Assembly: GCA_963849325.1 (NCBI GenBank)
Contig: CAWKHF010000007.1
Coordinates: forward strand, 320,001-384,000
Source: an uncultured Planctomycetota bacterium
GTDB lineage: Bacteria; Planctomycetota; Planctomycetia; Gemmatales; Gemmataceae
Direction of reading: 5' to 3'
Length of the DNA stretch: 64,000 nt
The position numbers and the translations under genes were made by a program. Shown one piece after another: positions 62,660 to 64,000 of the stretch. The stretch's first letter is position 1, and each line of letters starts with the position of its first letter. The notes below the pieces were generated by a model. That model had not been told where the DNA came from. It searched no databases and worked only from the letters and a program-made list of their open reading frames with translations.

Positions 62660-63115
62660 TTATCGATGTGACGCCTTCTTCCGCCGCGGTTCTGGTTTCT
62701 TGGCGGGCTGCCCAGGGTCTTTGTCTGCCGCTACCTCGGGTGCCGGAACGTCCCGCAGGGTCAAGGCGACCTCCTTGCCTAGCGCTGCGGCATAGCGACT
62801 GAGCGTGTTCCAGGTAGGGTTGATGCTCTGGCCGCTCTCCAGCCGGCTCAGGGCTGCCTTGTCGATGCCCGACCGCTTGGCCGCGTCGCCCAGACTCAAC
62901 CCCTGGCGCTCCCGCTCTCTCCGCAGAGATTCCATGATCCGGGCCAACTCCCAGTATGCCCCGAGCAGGACCGGCTCGCCGTACTCACCGGAAGCTGTTA
63001 GTTGTTCCAAGGTCGGTCGTTCCGCCTGGAACTTCTCGCGGATGGCCTTGTGCCGCGCTCGCTCCTCAGGTGTCCAGTCGATCTTGCAAGACAATCGCTT
63101 CTTCTCTCGGCTCAT
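62660..63115 (-). CDS. XRE-family HTH protein (putative antitoxin)
   Basis: LRRERERQGLSLGDAAKRSGIDKAALSRLESG...NPTWNTL; ATGA overlap with the upstream gene. Confidence 0.85.
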   Translation of the reverse strand: MSREKKRLSCKIDWTPEERARHKAIREKFQAERPTLEQLTASGEYGEPVLLGAYWELARIMESLRRERERQGLSLGDAAKRSGIDKAALSRLESGQSINPTWNTLSRYAAALGKEVALTLRDVPAPEVAADKDPGQPAKKPEPRRKKASHR

Positions 63116-63399
63116 TTCTTCCTCCGCTTCTTCCTGGGCGGGTTCACCAGATAGGCCGTGATCGGGTAAGCCACCGGCGGGTCCGCCTGGACCTTCTGGA
63201 ATACCACGGCGAGATACTTGCCCGTCGAGGTCCAGCCGAACGTGATGGGGTTGCCACTGCTGGCACTCGCCACGGCTTCGTTCCAGTTGTCTTCCAGGAC
63301 TTCCTCGACTTCGTTCGCCGTTACGTCGTGCTCGGCAATGTGCCGAAGGTTTCCTTCCGGCTCGTCTTCCAAATCCCAAATGACCTGTACGTCGGCCAT
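63112..63399 (-). CDS. BrnT/RelE-fold-like putative toxin
   Basis: IWD..NLRHIAEHDVT..EVEEV, FGWTSTGKYLAVVF, PITAY. Confidence 0.7.
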   Translation of the reverse strand: MADVQVIWDLEDEPEGNLRHIAEHDVTANEVEEVLEDNWNEAVASASSGNPITFGWTSTGKYLAVVFQKVQADPPVAYPITAYLVNPPRKKRRKK

Positions 63400-63590
63400 G
63401 ACGTTCGCCCACGGGTCGAGTTCCGCCGCTTGTTGATTAAATTACAACACACGGGCCGTCTCCGCAAGGCCGGGAGCAAGGAACGAAGGGACGCCGGAAA
63501 GTCATCAACGCTGGCAGATCGGCGTTCCGGCCGGTATCATTACTCCCCATACTTGCCGCGAGGTACAGCGCATGACGATGGTATCCCTCC

Positions 63591-64000
63591 ATGACTGAGG
63601 CCGAGGTCATTCTGGAAGCAATCCGTGCCATCCGCCGGCCGATCCGCCTGATCGAAAGTGGTGGACGTTGTACCCTGGTCCCCCCGGAGGAGACCTCCGC
63701 GCCGTCGGGGGCACGGATGGCCTACGCCCCGGCCTGTCGCCTGGAAGACCTGGGCGATCCGACCTTCTGCGCCGATCATCGTATCCGCTATCCCTACCTC
63801 GCCGGGGCGATGGCTAACGGCATCGGCTCGGCCGACATCGTTGAGGCGATGGGACGGGCCGGCATGCTCGCCTTCTTCGGCGCCGCCGGCCTGCCGCTGC
63901 ACACCGTCGAGTCCGCCATCGACCGCATCCAGAAAAGCCTCGGCGACATTCCCTACGGTTTCAACCTCATCCACAGCCCCAGCGAACCGAGCCTGGAACG
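63591..64000 (+). CDS. pfaD: PfaD-family enoyl reductase (PUFA/polyketide biosynthesis), N-terminal part, runs off the window
   Basis: Own translation, absent from the ORF track: LGDPTFCADH.IRYPYLAGAMANGIGS...GRAGMLAFFGAAGL...YGFNLIHSPSEP. Confidence 0.88.
   Translation, partial: MTEAEVILEAIRAIRRPIRLIESGGRCTLVPPEETSAPSGARMAYAPACRLEDLGDPTFCADHRIRYPYLAGAMANGIGSADIVEAMGRAGMLAFFGAAGLPLHTVESAIDRIQKSLGDIPYGFNLIHSPSEPSLE

Overview
High-GC bacterial DNA. The gene content (DUF1501, an extended ECF sigma factor, kinase-LRR and kinase-PilZ proteins, Zn-ribbon SpoVG, PQQ-dehydrogenase/cytochrome c fusion) suggests a planctomycete, probably Gemmataceae-like; this is an inference. There are about 50 protein-coding genes of mixed housekeeping (ispE, spoVG, rpsU, alkA, gntK), signalling and carbohydrate functions. 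The window also holds an intact IS4-family element, an IS66 remnant, a BrnT-like/XRE toxin-antitoxin pair, the end of a type III restriction subunit and the start of a PfaD gene. About a dozen genes carry single-base frameshifts that look like long-read assembly indels. Intergenic spaces hold several REP-like palindrome families. The most interesting locus is at about 50.4-55.0 kb: a guanidine-hydrolase (GdmH)-like ureohydrolase with an apparent twin-arginine export signal, in an operon with an unusual CbiX-like/DUF362-like fusion protein and convergent with an OprB-type porin. It lacks the HypA/HypB maturases, ABC transporter and guanidine riboswitch seen at described gdmH loci. I saw no rRNA, tRNA or CRISPR array. 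All family calls come from motif recognition by eye, not database searches.
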